DNA of 62,712 nucleotides, filler included, from Collodictyon triciliatum (lineage: Eukaryota): the NCBI GenBank assembly GCA_043381765.1. It is 21 parts of 21 records of this genome, joined end to end, with 100 filler letters (N's around TTAATTAATTAA, not from the genome) between each part and the next. Parts side by side here need not be neighbours in the genome. Positions count along the whole stretch, not along the records: positions 44,893 to 47,783 come from JBHJMP010008123.1; positions 47,884 to 50,772 come from JBHJMP010008124.1; positions 50,873 to 53,759 come from JBHJMP010008125.1; positions 53,860 to 56,745 come from JBHJMP010008126.1; positions 56,846 to 59,731 come from JBHJMP010008127.1; positions 59,832 to 62,712 come from JBHJMP010008128.1; 15 more parts are not named here. One strand, written 5' to 3'. The notes under the pieces are model-generated. The model worked only from the letters and a program-made list of their open reading frames with translations, had not been told where the DNA came from and did no database searches. Of this stretch, positions 47,028-59,959 are shown one piece after another; position 1 is the stretch's first letter, and every line of letters starts with the position of its first letter. The translations under genes were made by a program, and so were the position numbers.

Positions 47028-47106
47028 TCATTTACTTTTTCATTTTTTTCTTCCTTTCAATTTGTCCAAAATGACGGAGATTTTGTATTTGATGCATTAC
47101 CTTTTC
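47028..47106 (-). mobile_element. Highly diverged possible copy of the same short insert
   Basis: TTTTTTTCTTCCTTTCAATTTGTCCAAAATGACGGAGATTTTGTATTTG aligns by eye to the family. The flanking repeat is weak (CATTTACTTTT / CATTACCTTTT). Confidence 0.4.
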
Positions 47107-48503
47107 TTCTACAGTCCAATAATACAGTTGTGCCTTCGCTACAAAGTATTGACACAAGTTGGATTGGGCTACATGTCAGGTCGGAGCAAGAACTGAATTT
47201 AGGATTCCCTCCTATGCGCCTAGTAAGTATCAAAATAATCTCATCACATATATTGCCACAATAACCTAGATTCTAGACTTCAACATCATCCATGGCCAGA
47301 TTTCATCGAACTATAACAATTGCGCATAAGATTTGATTTTAAAATAATAAAACAAATCACACGGGTCTAGTATTTCTTTTGACATACGAAATTCTACAAA
47401 TCCATTGGCATGAAAAGTCTTTAGGCCAACTTATTCACTAAAAATATATCAGCGTCGTTGTAATTAAGTTCCCTCGTATTCCAAATAATAGAATCAACAT
47501 CATACGCTATGAACATTAATAAACATTATTGATACAACAAAAGTAACATGAAAATTATAAAAGTCAGTATCAATCATAGATGATATGTCATACTATTAAT
47601 TTATTATCTGCGATTTTAATTTTTTATGCATATACTGTATGTTTTCTTGTACAGCATTACTCATATCAATCCGTGCCATTTCCCACCAACTCAAATCAAT
47701 TCACATTTATTTGCATAATTCTGAGAGTTTCTCATCATTTCTACTCTATCCAAATCAATCTGCACATATTCTCATTAATCCACNNNNNNNNNNNNNNNNN
47801 NNNNNNNNNNNNNNNNNNNNNNNNNNNTTAATTAATTAANNNNNNNNNNNNNNNNNNNNNNNNNNNNNNNNNNNNNNNNNNNNAAAGAAAAAAGAAAAAA
47901 GAAAAAAGAAAAAAGAAAAAAGAAAAAAGAAAAAAGAAAAAAGAAAAAAGAAAAAAGAAAAAAGAAAAAAGAAAAAAAAGAAGCTAAGTAGAAAAAAAAG
48001 TCCACAGGATTAAATTGCCGAGTTTTCAAAGCCCTGACCGAGCACTCATTCTGGCGCAGTTCACAGCGAATAGAGACACGCTTGCCTCACAACATCATTA
48101 CTGTGCTGTTTGGGTACCAACCCGATTTGTTTTATCTTGTAGAAGGTGCTTCTTTGGAACCGTTCGATCGAAGGATTCCACGGCACAGGCCTTCCACGCC
48201 ATTTGCTTGGCCTGCTTCCTTATTTGCTTCATTGCCGACAATATTTGTCTGATCAATATGACAACATCAACACGTGGGCAGATGCCCGTTTTGCTTGTGG
48301 TTGATTCTGGATGGCAGCCAGCAAGATCACAGAGTTGCAAGCAAGAGAGGAAATGAAAGGTAAACGTGAGAAGAAAGGAAAAGAAGAAAAAAAGACCAAT
48401 AGGAAAGATAAGTGAGAGAGATAGAAATGAAAAAACACCGATAGGAAAGATAAGAGAAAGGGTAAAAAAAACGCATGTTACGGGGTATTGGGAGAGTGGC
48501 GCG

Positions 48504-50339
48504 TCATTTCCTTTTGGGACGCTGATGGGGAGTTGGCGAGTGTGAGGGCGCACGGTTCCTGAACCATGAGCGAAGCTTGATTCGAACATTCCTTTTGACA
48601 TCGCGCCTATGCCTGAGAGCAAGGTTGTTATCCAGTGGGAGCGCCTGACTGGACAGCGTCGCCCTTTCATATTCCTTGGCAAGGGTCTCTGTAGAATCCC
48701 ATTTCGATGCCCTCAAGAAGGACATGTGTTTGTGGGACTGGATGTATTCCTCCAGAGTTTTGTACCGATATTGATATACGGTGAAGTTCTCATCCGCTGC
48801 AACGTAGGTAGAACGCGCTTTCAGCCCCACGTCCGAGCGGAGGCGGACAAAGTAGGTGCCATAGCCTTGGATTCCAGCAGCATATGCAGTTTGGAATGTG
48901 GGCTTACCGTAATTCAAGTCTACTTGGGTGACATTAGAGCAGCGTTCCAGCAAGAGCTTTTTATTGGGCGGGACCATAGGCTCCAAACATGGCCCAAACA
49001 CACGCCAGCTCGAATAGAGGTAGGGTGTTTCGGGATATTCTACTTCCAGAACCTCATGCATAGAATTGAACTTGCTGGACGGAACCAAGTACTCGTCTGT
49101 GTCGATGATAGACATCCATTTTGTATGGGCGCCGAATCGAAGAATGCAATCTGTTGCTGCTTCGGTCTGGGATGAGGGGGTTGTCCAAGGAACGATGATG
49201 AGGTTATTTTCGAACATTTCGTAAATGTCATGCAGGGAAGGTAGATACAATCCGGGCTGCATCTCCCTCTCGGTTGTGTAGCTCGTTGGGTCAGTGTTGT
49301 AGATGATGATGCGCTCATATCTCATTAGCAAGTGGTACTCTATCCATTCCAGAAGATTATTGCTATTTCCATAAACGGTGGCGCAGATGGACATCAGCAC
49401 GTTGTTGATGTTTTTGGCGTAGGGCTCAGTGATAGCGTATAGGAAAGGGTTTGAAAACATAACATGGTCGTACGTGAGGCGAAGAAGTGGGGAAGATTCG
49501 TATATGATGGAAGGCTTTGGGCAGTAGGCAAAAGACACATCCCCTGGCAAGGCTTCATATCTCTCGATGTACCCGTTTGGATGCTGATAGAAGCAGTAGA
49601 GAGTGTTGCATCCGCCAGATTTGCGGTTAGACGGAAGGTAGAAAGAGACAATTTGCACTATGTCGGGATATTCTGTCATATGAATGGACTTTACATCAAA
49701 TGGGTGGTGTGAGTTGGTCTGGAGATGATACACGGATATTTGGGCTGAGAAATTATGTAGATATGCTTTAATGTTCCATTCGGTCCAACCGCGCTCCTGA
49801 CAGTCATCCGCCACCGGAATGTGACATATCATTTCTGATGCACTTTTACAGAACGGACTAACCTTCCTTGTTTCCTTTATGGTGGCCTTGGAATTGGGAT
49901 GCTGAGTCCACATCGACTGAACAACGCATACACCATCTGTGTTGCATTTAACCCCGGCTGGAAGCCAGATGGTAACGCCACTGTTATCTGCACAATGGCG
50001 AACGCAGGTGTTTGGCCTCCGATAGAGCCGTGAGACATTTTTTACAAAGCCAGAGTCACCGAATGAGACTGTCTGAGGTACAACAGCCAGAGCAGACCGC
50101 TTATCAGGGTTTTGTACGCTACGACAGCCTTGGTTGATGTGGCGAGTATCAGTCTTGTTCCAGAGTAAACTATTCTGGTTTTCATAAAAGCTGAGGTTGT
50201 TGTGTGTGAGATGCGAGCTTTTCGTTGATGAAGGGTGTGTGCAGGAATCCGAAAACACAATTTGCTGTTTGCCCAAGTTGGACAGAAAATATAAGGCAGC
50301 AAGAAGTCCAAAGAGAACCGCTGGTCTTTGAATCTGCAT
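48504..50339 (-). CDS. Glycosyltransferase family 92 (DUF23)-like type II membrane protein, single exon
   Basis: 611-aa ORF with an N-terminal anchor, SICAT...LLEWIEYHLLMRYERIIIYN, and QTEAATDCILRF...KWMSIIDTDEYLVP (DxD motif). Confidence 0.82.
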   Translation of the reverse strand: MQIQRPAVLFGLLAALYFLSNLGKQQIVFSDSCTHPSSTKSSHLTHNNLSFYENQNSLLWNKTDTRHINQGCRSVQNPDKRSALAVVPQTVSFGDSGFVKNVSRLYRRPNTCVRHCADNSGVTIWLPAGVKCNTDGVCVVQSMWTQHPNSKATIKETRKVSPFCKSASEMICHIPVADDCQERGWTEWNIKAYLHNFSAQISVYHLQTNSHHPFDVKSIHMTEYPDIVQIVSFYLPSNRKSGGCNTLYCFYQHPNGYIERYEALPGDVSFAYCPKPSIIYESSPLLRLTYDHVMFSNPFLYAITEPYAKNINNVLMSICATVYGNSNNLLEWIEYHLLMRYERIIIYNTDPTSYTTEREMQPGLYLPSLHDIYEMFENNLIIVPWTTPSSQTEAATDCILRFGAHTKWMSIIDTDEYLVPSSKFNSMHEVLEVEYPETPYLYSSWRVFGPCLEPMVPPNKKLLLERCSNVTQVDLNYGKPTFQTAYAAGIQGYGTYFVRLRSDVGLKARSTYVAADENFTVYQYRYKTLEEYIQSHKHMSFLRASKWDSTETLAKEYERATLSSQALPLDNNLALRHRRDVKRNVRIKLRSWFRNRAPSHSPTPHQRPKRK

Positions 50340-51076
50340 CAGGAAGCTTTGTTTATATCTGCAGTGCTAGTTTGGGTATTTAGTTTAATGCTTATCCTGT
50401 CTTCAATTATCATCTTGGTTCTCTTCGTGGCTGACTCATTCGCACGTGTTTTTTTTTTAAATATCCTTATCTCGGGTTATTCTTTGAAATTTAATTTTTA
50501 GTTGAAGGAAGGGAAAGTTTAAGTATGGCGCACCAGAAACCCAATTTTGGAGGTGTCTTGCAGTGTCTGTGGTTCCATGGAGAAAGTGACTCGCTGATGG
50601 GGGGTAATCTGGAATGGAGTAGCAATTCAAGAAAAAGTTAAGGAATCTTCATCAGTGAGTGGGGTTGAAGCGTAAAAGAGAAAGAAAGAGAAAGAAAGAG
50701 AAAGAAAGAGAAAGAAAGAGAAAGAAAGAGAAAGAAAGAGAAAGAAAGAGAAAGAAAGAGAAAGAAAGAGAANNNNNNNNNNNNNNNNNNNNNNNNNNNN
50801 NNNNNNNNNNNNNNNNTTAATTAATTAANNNNNNNNNNNNNNNNNNNNNNNNNNNNNNNNNNNNNNNNNNNNACAAAAAAAAAAAAAAACAAAAAAACAA
50901 ACAAACAAACAAAAAACCAAAAAACCAAAAAACCAAAAAAACCAAAAAAAACCAAAAAAAAAAACCAAAAAAAAAGTTAATAGACTTACACATAAACAAA
51001 CAAAAAAGAAATGAAAGGAAAAAGAAAATGGTTGTGGCAGTTCATTCATTAAGAACCATATCTCGCAGATCATAAC

Positions 51077-51205
51077 CTCCTCCATTCGACTGATCTCTGT
51101 CAATCGTCCAAAGTCAAAACCGAACCCTTTCACACGATGGTCGATCACACCTGCGCAGAACAACGTATAAGAGACCAACAAAGCCACGATAAAATAGAGG
51201 AGCAT
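51077..51205 (-). CDS. Probable first exon of a secreted protein, truncated
   Basis: MLLYFIVALLVSYTLFCAG (signal-peptide-like) ...ISRMEE followed by a GT donor. Confidence 0.35.
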
Positions 51206-51786
51206 ACAACATAGAAAGAAGGAATAAATAAAGGGGAAAATGCCCTCATTTGTTTTTTTTCTGTTGGTTTCTTTTCTTTTTGTTGTTTTCTTCTTGGTTT
51301 TTTCTTTTTGGTTTCCTTTTGTTTTCCTTTTGGCTTTTTCTTTTGTTCTTTTGGCTTTTTCTTTTGTTCTTGTTTTCGGAGTACTGGTCAGTGATCCTAG
51401 ACAAGAGCAGCTTTGCGTCTCTCTCGTGCCTTCTGCATTCCATATCGCCTACAATACACACGAACGGACGTCCGGCTCTTTCTTATTCCTTCTGAAAAAA
51501 CTCCTTTTTTTTTCTTTTCTTTTTTTCTAGTGCTCCTGTAGGCATCAACCCCACTCTCTTTTTCCGATAAACCGGACTGTGCGCTTTTTCCAAGTGAGCT
51601 ACTGAAAAAAATATCCTCGACACTTCAGTCTTTCTCTCTGATACCTAACCACAAGGCTTCATCACAACAAAACAGTGCCTGGAATGAACGGGTGATAATG
51701 AATTGATAATGTCCTAGCGGATTACAAGGTCAATCTGATAAGAGGCGAGGATGTAGCTCTGAGCTGAACGGGGGGATTCGGGATGC

Positions 51787-53586
51787 TTATTTATCGTATT
51801 GCTGGGACTTTGTGAAGTAGGACGGATCGAACTTGTGCAGGCGGACGAAACCTTCTTCTCCTCCGCTGACATACCTGTGCATTGAAAGATGGTTATGGTG
51901 ATGATAGATGAAAGAATACGCGTTTATATCGGGGGGCAAACTGTGCCAGAGATATTATGAAATGAAGAAAAAAAAAGGAAATGAAGATTAAGGAAAAAGT
52001 AAGGAAGAAAAAAAAATAGTGCATATTATGAGAAACGCACTGTTTTCCGTCGGGGCTGAAAGCCAGAGTATTGATGGGGCCGAAGTGGTCTGTGACCGAA
52101 CCCATCTCGTTGTTGTAGATCATATGGTAGAAGCGGGCGGCAAAACGGCCAGACTTATGGGACGACGTGGTCACGTCGCGGGCTTCCTGGCCTCCTCCCA
52201 AGAGAACCTGGTTGTAGAGCGGCGAAAACGAGGCGGAGTTGACAGGTGCATCCGACTTGAATGTCTTGAGCACTTGGAGGCTGCTGGAATCGATGATTTT
52301 GGCGGTGCAGTCTGATGAGGCTGTGATGATTTGGCCGTAGTCCTTGGAATATTGCATGTCGCGAATTGCTTTGTCGTGAACTTTCTCGCTTTCGAGAAGG
52401 GAGCCCGTCTGAATAGATAAAGATGGTCGTTGGAGTACTTAAGGAAACGTGGATAGTGATATATTGGATGTAATTCGACGTAACTCTCAAGATTGTGCGC
52501 AGTTTTTGTAAAGAGAATAATAATATATGTGATACTGAGAGAGAATATGCAAGAGAAAGTCTTTGAGTCCATATGTATGATAGTGTATAAGAGTAAACAT
52601 AAGAAGGGTGTGAATTCCGTATAGCATACCTCAGCATCAAATATTTGGATATATCCGTCTTCCCTTCCAACAATGACGGTATCATTTGTGGGTCCCCACA
52701 AAATGCGAGTGTACAAGATATCTCCTTCAATTTTGCGAATGGCCTCGGCAGATTCTAGTATAGGAGAAAGAACGCATCATGGTTATACAAGCAATTGTCA
52801 TTTCATGAACTTAATTCGTGGTCTAATTATTAGTTTTCCTCATTCGATTGTATAATTTCTCTTCTAGTGGGATTTCTTTTTAGGAGAAAGATATGCCAGT
52901 TGAGAATTAGGTTAACCGAGATATTTGTGTGGTGAGTCATTTTTGAATTGAGGGAATACCATCGCTCTTTAAAAAATAATAATAAAGAAATATTCTGATG
53001 CATACGATTTCCAAAGTCTTCTGAAAGCTGGAAGAACGAGAGCGAAGCCTTTTGTTGCATCTTGTTGTCCTGGATTGTAGCAAGCATCGTATCTCCGTGG
53101 TTAAAGACAATCCCACGAACTGGGGCGCTGTGTGTAAATGTAAACAGGTCTTTTCCAGTCTGGACATCCCACAACTTGGCACTGTTATCACCAGATGCCG
53201 TGGCTAGTCTAGTAGAGTCATCTAAAACAGAAAAAAGAAAAAGAAAAGATGGCATATGTTTATTAATCAGTACTATACTCTGTTATTGTTATTGATAATA
53301 TCAGTTGAACTTGGAGAGAGGAGTAAAGTTATAGCCCAAAGTAGGGGAGATCATAAAATTAACTAAATAGTCAACTATGAAAAGCCAGTATAAAGAACAA
53401 ACATGAGATATCCAGGTTGTAGACGACACCATTGTGTCCTTCGTATGTTCCAAGGCGTTTTCCTTCGTCCGAATACCACACGTTCACTGTTCCTTCGCGA
53501 GCACATGTGAAGATCAGATCTCCTTCGCGGTTGTACTTGACTGCGGTCAAAGGGCGCTGATGTCCTCGAAGAATTACCGGTCGCAT
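51787..53586 (-). CDS. EIF3I: Eukaryotic translation initiation factor 3 subunit I (WD40), complete, 5 exons
   Basis: MRPVILRGHQRPLTAVKYNREGDLIF...RLGTYEGHNG...TASGDNSAKLWDV...LGGGQEARDVTT...HFGPINTLAFSPDGKQ|YVSGGEEGFVRLHKFDPSYF...*. Confidence 0.97.
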
Positions 53587-54357
53587 GTTGGCTGCTGAGT
53601 CTGGGAATATGAATGTATTTTTCAGAAAGGAAGAAAGAGAAAAGAAAAGACTATATAATAGTCTAAAAAAAAAAAAAAAAGAAGAAAAGGGAAGTGCAGC
53701 TCACAAAGAAGTCGAGTAGTGGTGACATGTGCAATAGCGTTTAGAGCAGCGATCGCGGCNNNNNNNNNNNNNNNNNNNNNNNNNNNNNNNNNNNNNNNNN
53801 NNNTTAATTAATTAANNNNNNNNNNNNNNNNNNNNNNNNNNNNNNNNNNNNNNNNNNNNGTATGTATGTATGTATGTATGTATGTATGTATGTATGTATG
53901 TATGTATGGATGGATGGATGGATGGATGGATGCATCCTTATTTAGTATGAATTCAAAGACGTTGAAAAACATCTCACTAAATTTGATTAACTGATTATAA
54001 ACATTGATTATAGCTTATAATCTGTTTTCATCTCTGCATTATTTAATATAATTTTTATATAATCTCAAACCATTGAATGCTAATCTATGGTTGACCTTCG
54101 TTTGGTATAATTAATTGATTAGAAACGGTGCTGGAGTACCGATTTTGAACAATAAGATATATTTCCAAAACAAGATGTAATTAAAAAAAAAACATTCTAC
54201 CCGTGGGCAACATCATTCAAATATTAATGTAGTATCTCAATAAAGAAAATTATATGAATTGTCTGACAATAAGACAAATAATCGGCACATAACAATAACA
54301 AATTTTTAAGAAAAAATGATTTTTGTTGACTACATTCAGCTTTGCTTAAAATTTTAT

Positions 54358-56745
54358 TCATTGCGACAAAGGGTCAAAAGACACCTTTTTTTTCAGGTTT
54401 TTCATCTTGAACAACTTTTGTTTAATATCTCCATTTTGGAATAGAGGAATGATGAAGGCGATGGATGTAAAATAAAGCAACCAGATGGAGTTCATTCCGA
54501 TCAATACGACTGTAATCCACGATTGTGAGTCAAAAAGAACGTACATGAGTGAAATGAAGAAAGATACAAGAATGATATAAAGACTAGACAGCTCCATTTG
54601 ATTTTCGATTTTTGAGTTGTAAGGCTTATATTCTTTTTGCATCCAAATTGAACTCTAGAATTTTTGGTTATGGGATTAAATAAAGTTTGTATGCACTTAA
54701 AATATACTTATTAGATTGTAGTGAAAAATATACAATCAACCTGAAAAAAAACACCTTTGAATCTAATAACGGGGGAACCTGAATGACAGCAACTAGGAGT
54801 AGAAAGAAAACTGATGGGCTTGTGTATGGAACCACGCTGAGGACGAACGAAAAAGCAATGCGACGTGCGATTATGGCAAATTCCCAATACTTAAAGTTCT
54901 GCAAAATATTGTGTTCATACAAAATATTAAGCTATAGGGTATGAAAAATATAAGGGCATAGTTTCAAGTACCTCTTTGTACGGCAAGTAAAGGAATCCAT
55001 ATCGTACTCCTGGTTCATACCTACGTTTTTCAACCATAATTCCCACCTTCCACAAAACAAAAATAGGCAAACCAACCAAGAAAAGGACAAAAACTGGGAC
55101 AGTTATTGTAAGTAGTTTTTGATATTCATCCGAAGCTGGGCTGCATTGAATCCAGGGCTTGAAATTCAGATACCATTTATTCACACCTTCATCATAAACG
55201 GTGCATCCAAAAACACCAAACACCTCTCTTGCAACCGAGTAGTATATAAAAAACAAAAGACTCAAGGTGATGAAAACGGCCTATTTGGGTAAAGAAAAAT
55301 CTTATTTTTAAAAATGAAACAAAAAATTAATGATTATTCATATTTAATATATTATCCTTACTTTGTTTCTTCTGCGACCATATCCAAAGTAGTAAATAGC
55401 TGAGCCAACAATTATAAATATTGGTATTCTTGCAAAACTGAAAATGAGAGAAGCAAAGACATCGTCCATTCCAAGGACACAGGAAAGGTTGGGAAATTGA
55501 ATTGAACCAATCGAAGATGAGACATCAATAAAACTGTTTGCATCTTCTGATAGAACGATTCCACTAGAAACAATCGACAGTGTTTGCATATGAAACATGG
55601 TTATCCTAAGTTTTGCTTAAAATAATTTTTCATTAGCTTTCAAATAATTAAGGTAAGAAATTCAATTAATTTACCTGATTTCGATGTCTCTGTCAAGTAC
55701 AGGTAGCAAATGAACATAAAAAGTCCAATCGAACCAAGAATCAGGCTAGAATAAATCGTTCCTTTACTACATTTCACACACGACCTTCCTTGATTTCCGT
55801 ATCCATTCTGACATTTTGAACAGGCATAACCTTCATAGCCTTCTTGACACAAATCCTTGATTTTGACTGTCGTACTTGAGTTCGAAATTTTCTCTGGGAT
55901 TGATGCATCACATGACTCTGGTCTTGGACATTTCAAAATTGATTTCACTGAGGTAATATTTGGTGAAGCATGGCAGAATTTTAGAGATGCTCCATCAAGG
56001 CAATCACATCCTCTCGGACATTGAACACAATTATTTCCAAATCCGAAATATCCAGGCAAGCATTTACAAAATTCAAATTCATAGTATTTTGGATGCAAGT
56101 CAACATCCAATTCAATCAATCCAGTTTTCGAAAAAATAGAGGGACAAAGGTAATGTTTTGTTTCATCTTGTAAATGGTAAGAAGTCCTAAAACTCAGAAA
56201 ATCAGGAAGAAAATTGGCTGTTCCATGATTCATCAATGTCTCCGCCATTCCCAAATACTCTAGCTTTGAAAATCCAATATATGATTCAGGAATGCTTCCA
56301 ACAATCGGATTTCCAGTAAGGTCAATAGAATTCCATTTCAGTATATTTGTAAGCTCATCAATCTTGGTGATGTTGTTATTTTTGAAGCTCAATATCTTTA
56401 TGCTTAGAACATAGCTAAAAACCCTCCAATTTAATTCCCCGTGGAGTTGGTTATCATCGAGATAAAGGTTTTCATAAAAATATTCGTAATTTCCTGAAAG
56501 GGGAACAACAAAAACACCAATATCACCTGAGAATAAGTTACTTTTCAAATCGATGGTGACTAGATTTCGCAGACTCCAGAATAAATCAGGCATGCTTCCA
56601 GAGAATTGGTTGTGGGATAAAACGATTGACTTCAATTCAGCACATTCCTGAATGATGTTTGGGACTGTTCCATTCATTTTGTTCCAAGACAAGTCGATGT
56701 ATTTAATTGAAGGCAATATCCAATTTTCTGGTATAGAGCCGCTGA
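54358..56745 (-). CDS. LRR + Cys-rich + multi-pass membrane receptor-like protein, 5'-partial
   Basis: Plant-type LRRs (IDLSWNKMNGTVP, LSHNQFSGSMP, LDDNQLHGEL), a Cys-rich region (CKCLPGYFG, CQEGYEGYACSKC), and several TM helices including RYGFLYLPYK..YWEFAIIARR. Confidence 0.85.
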
Positions 56746-57228
56746 NNNNNNNNNNNNNNNNNNNNNNNNNNNNNNNNNNNNNNNNNNNNTTAATTAATTA
56801 ANNNNNNNNNNNNNNNNNNNNNNNNNNNNNNNNNNNNNNNNNNNNTTATCTGTTTTTATCTGTTTTTATCTGTTTTTATCTGTTTTTATCTGTTTTCATC
56901 TGTTTTCATCTGTTTTCATCTGTTTTCATCTGTTTTCATCTGTTTTCATCTGTTTTCATCTGTTTTCATCTGTTTTCATCTGTTTTCATCTGTTTTGTCT
57001 AGTCTGACCGAAGTAAACTGGTTCATTCAGGTGATATGCTCTATCCACCTATATCACGGTCATCACGGTCACCATGGTCATCACCACCGCCACTCGAGAA
57101 AAGGCCACCACTCTGCCAGTACCTCTGTGTAGAAAGGAGGAATCGTAGATGCTCCTAATTTCTCTCGTGTATAATTCTTTCCTTTTCGCCTCATCATCTC
57201 TTCATCGGTATCCCAAGTGACTTCCAAA

Positions 57229-57283
<55 letters not shown>

Positions 57284-58484
57284 TTGCCCCTCTTCGGGCG
57301 AGAGAAGTAACCCAGAGAGCATCTCAGTCCAAAAAAAAAAAATATTAATCCAGAGGGAGCAATGTTCTTCGTTTCAGGCTGGTTTGTATCTGTGCCTGTG
57401 TTTGTCTGCATTCTTTGTTTTCTGCGAGGCAGCCCAGATACGATTGTCAGACGATGATTTGTGAGATGCAAACGTCATGATGTAATCATCTTATCTTATG
57501 TATTGCTCGTTGAGAGAAAGAAAGAGAGAGAAAGAGAAAGCCGAGTAGATTGTGCAGAAGTAAAAGAGACAGTGTCGGATGGTTGCTGGGTTTGCATAGG
57601 AAGGAATCGCTTGTGGGTCATGAGGCTCTGATAATCGCCTTACATACCATCTTCTGATACGCTTGAGTCTGCTGAGAGGGGCGAATGGCTTTATCGAAGA
57701 GGAGTTTGTTTTTTTTGTTTTTTGTTTTTTGGTATATCGGGGATGGATGAAGAAAGTGTGGGCTCGGGTAGGTGCTTGGCGTTTGGCATTGGATGAAAAG
57801 GGAGCAGAGATAAAGATGTTTTGAGAAAAGTGTGGGGAGAATACAAACCAGATGACATACACCTGAACAACGAAATAGACTATGGAGTGAGACTTTGAGG
57901 GGGGTTTGTGATAGTGAGTTTGGTGCGAGAAGTGGAGGGCTTGGGTTGGGTACACATTGGGGCTGATGTGAGGACCACCGAAGGAGAAGAAAGTGGATTG
58001 CGTGGTGTGCGATATAAACATATACTTCATGGAAAGTAAATGAATATCATCTTTTTTCTTTACCGCCAAACTTTCTCTCCCTTTTTTATCTTTTTGTTAG
58101 CCCGCGATGCGACCGGCAACGTAGTTAAATCAGATGGTATGAGTCGAAATGATTGACATGTCAAGGCACATGTTTTCACGCTCCTTTGAAACATGCCCAT
58201 TTGTTATCCCATTCGAGATATCATTGCTGATGCGATTTCCTGGGTGGGATTCCATCAAAGTCCTAACCATAACAACCGCTTGCCCCAGTTGTTGACAAAA
58301 CCAACTGAAAGAATAAGAGAGGACATAAAAAAAAAACAATAGGAACTGAGAAATGATTGGCATGAAAAGAAAAAAAAGGAAGAAATATAGTGAATCTTTC
58401 AACATCCCAAAACCCTACAGACAAAGTGAGAGAAAGAAGCCAAACAACGATGACCATGAAATCGGGTCATGTGCTGCTCTTCAA

Positions 58485-59489
58485 CTACTTTGGGATACCT
58501 CCATTACGATAGAATTCTTGTCGCACAGTCGCTCTCTTTACATGGGGTGAAAAGTTGCTATCACTCCACTGGGCTTCCCAACCAACGGCTTGACTCGAAG
58601 TCACAGGGTGGCCGTATCTTTCCAGCGGCGAGTGTGCCTTTTGCTCTTTCAAGTAATTTGTTCTAGGCACGATACAAGAAAATATGAGCGAGTAAATATA
58701 CAATGGCCTTCTCGAGATGTAATGAACAAAATGCATGTCAAACATGATGTGCTTAGGTGTATCAACCGATCAAATACCTTTGCTTCGAACGCAAAGTGGC
58801 ATAATTTTCTTCACTCGTTTTTATCGGTGGTAGTCTCATTTGATTGACACTTCCTTTGAAAGAGCTGCTCAGATCTTCCATGTTCAATCCGGCTGATGCC
58901 TGAGAAATACACAAAGATTCAGTAAGCACAATGTCGATATAATTATGTGATCACGGATTATTTTCTTTTTTAAAAAAACTGAATAGAAAGGGAAGTTTGT
59001 GAGGTTAGGGTAACATGACACTTATGAGCTTATTTAGTTGCCAATTTTGAAATTAATCATAGAAATGTGAGAATGCATATCGTAGTGGTTTATTTGAAAT
59101 TGAACGGCGAATATATATGGTGTTCGTGGAATGAGTCTTTGAGAATACAATTAAATATTACAGCGAGGCGCTCGATTTCTTCAGTCTTGTCTCGTTGGGC
59201 ATGCTCAATCTCGTGGAAACGGCGTTCTGTCACAGCTTGATTATATTGCATACTGGCTCTAGTGTTAACACATGTTAGAATTCGTTCAACTATGGAAGAA
59301 CCCTCGTTTATTTTAATGTCATGAAATGTATTATTTAGGGATGTAATACATTCATTTGAATGATGTGGCGAGGAAAACTATTAGCTAATTGAATATATAT
59401 ATATGTGTGTGTGTGTGTAATAATTGTGACCTGTTCTCCGCCTCAACTCGTTGCTTCCAGAAGGCACTGTATCGGTTGTCGAAAGTCAT
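58485..59489 (-). CDS. SPMIP1/ATP6V1FNB-like putative flagellar microtubule inner protein, 4 exons
   Basis: Spliced MTFDNRYSAFWKQRVEAENR|ASMQY...|...RSKQR|TNYLKEQKAHSPLERYGHPVTSSQAVGWE...PHVKRATVRQEFYRNGG*. The YL...P.E.Y..P.TSS...GW...FYR pattern is recalled from that family. Confidence 0.65.
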
Positions 59490-59959
59490 CCCCGGAGTTC
59501 CCAAGGTTTAGTGATGTTCTATGGGAGAAAATATACACATGCTTACCAATATCGTTCTTCGTATTATTTCTACTTCCAGATTATCCAGCTCGAAAAGTTT
59601 TGTCTATCATGAACGCGTTTCGGGTTTTGGGTTTTGTTTTTGTTTTTGTTTTTGTTTTTGTTTTTGTTTTTGTTTTTGTTTTTGTTTTTGTTTTTGTTTT
59701 TGTTTTTGTTTTTGTTTTTGTTTTTGTTTTTNNNNNNNNNNNNNNNNNNNNNNNNNNNNNNNNNNNNNNNNNNNNTTAATTAATTAANNNNNNNNNNNNN
59801 NNNNNNNNNNNNNNNNNNNNNNNNNNNNNNNTTTACTTGTTTACTTGTTTACTTGTTTACTTGTTTACTTGTTTACTTGTTTACTTGTTTACTTGTTTAC
59901 TTGTTTACTTGTTTACTTGTTTACTTGTTTACTTGCAATGGATAAACACATATTTATAG

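Noticed and set aside
57000-58290. Possible minus-strand gene (MESHPGNRISND..., VTWDTDEEMMRRKGK...)
   Set aside because: No consistent spliced frame could be built and no family was recognised.
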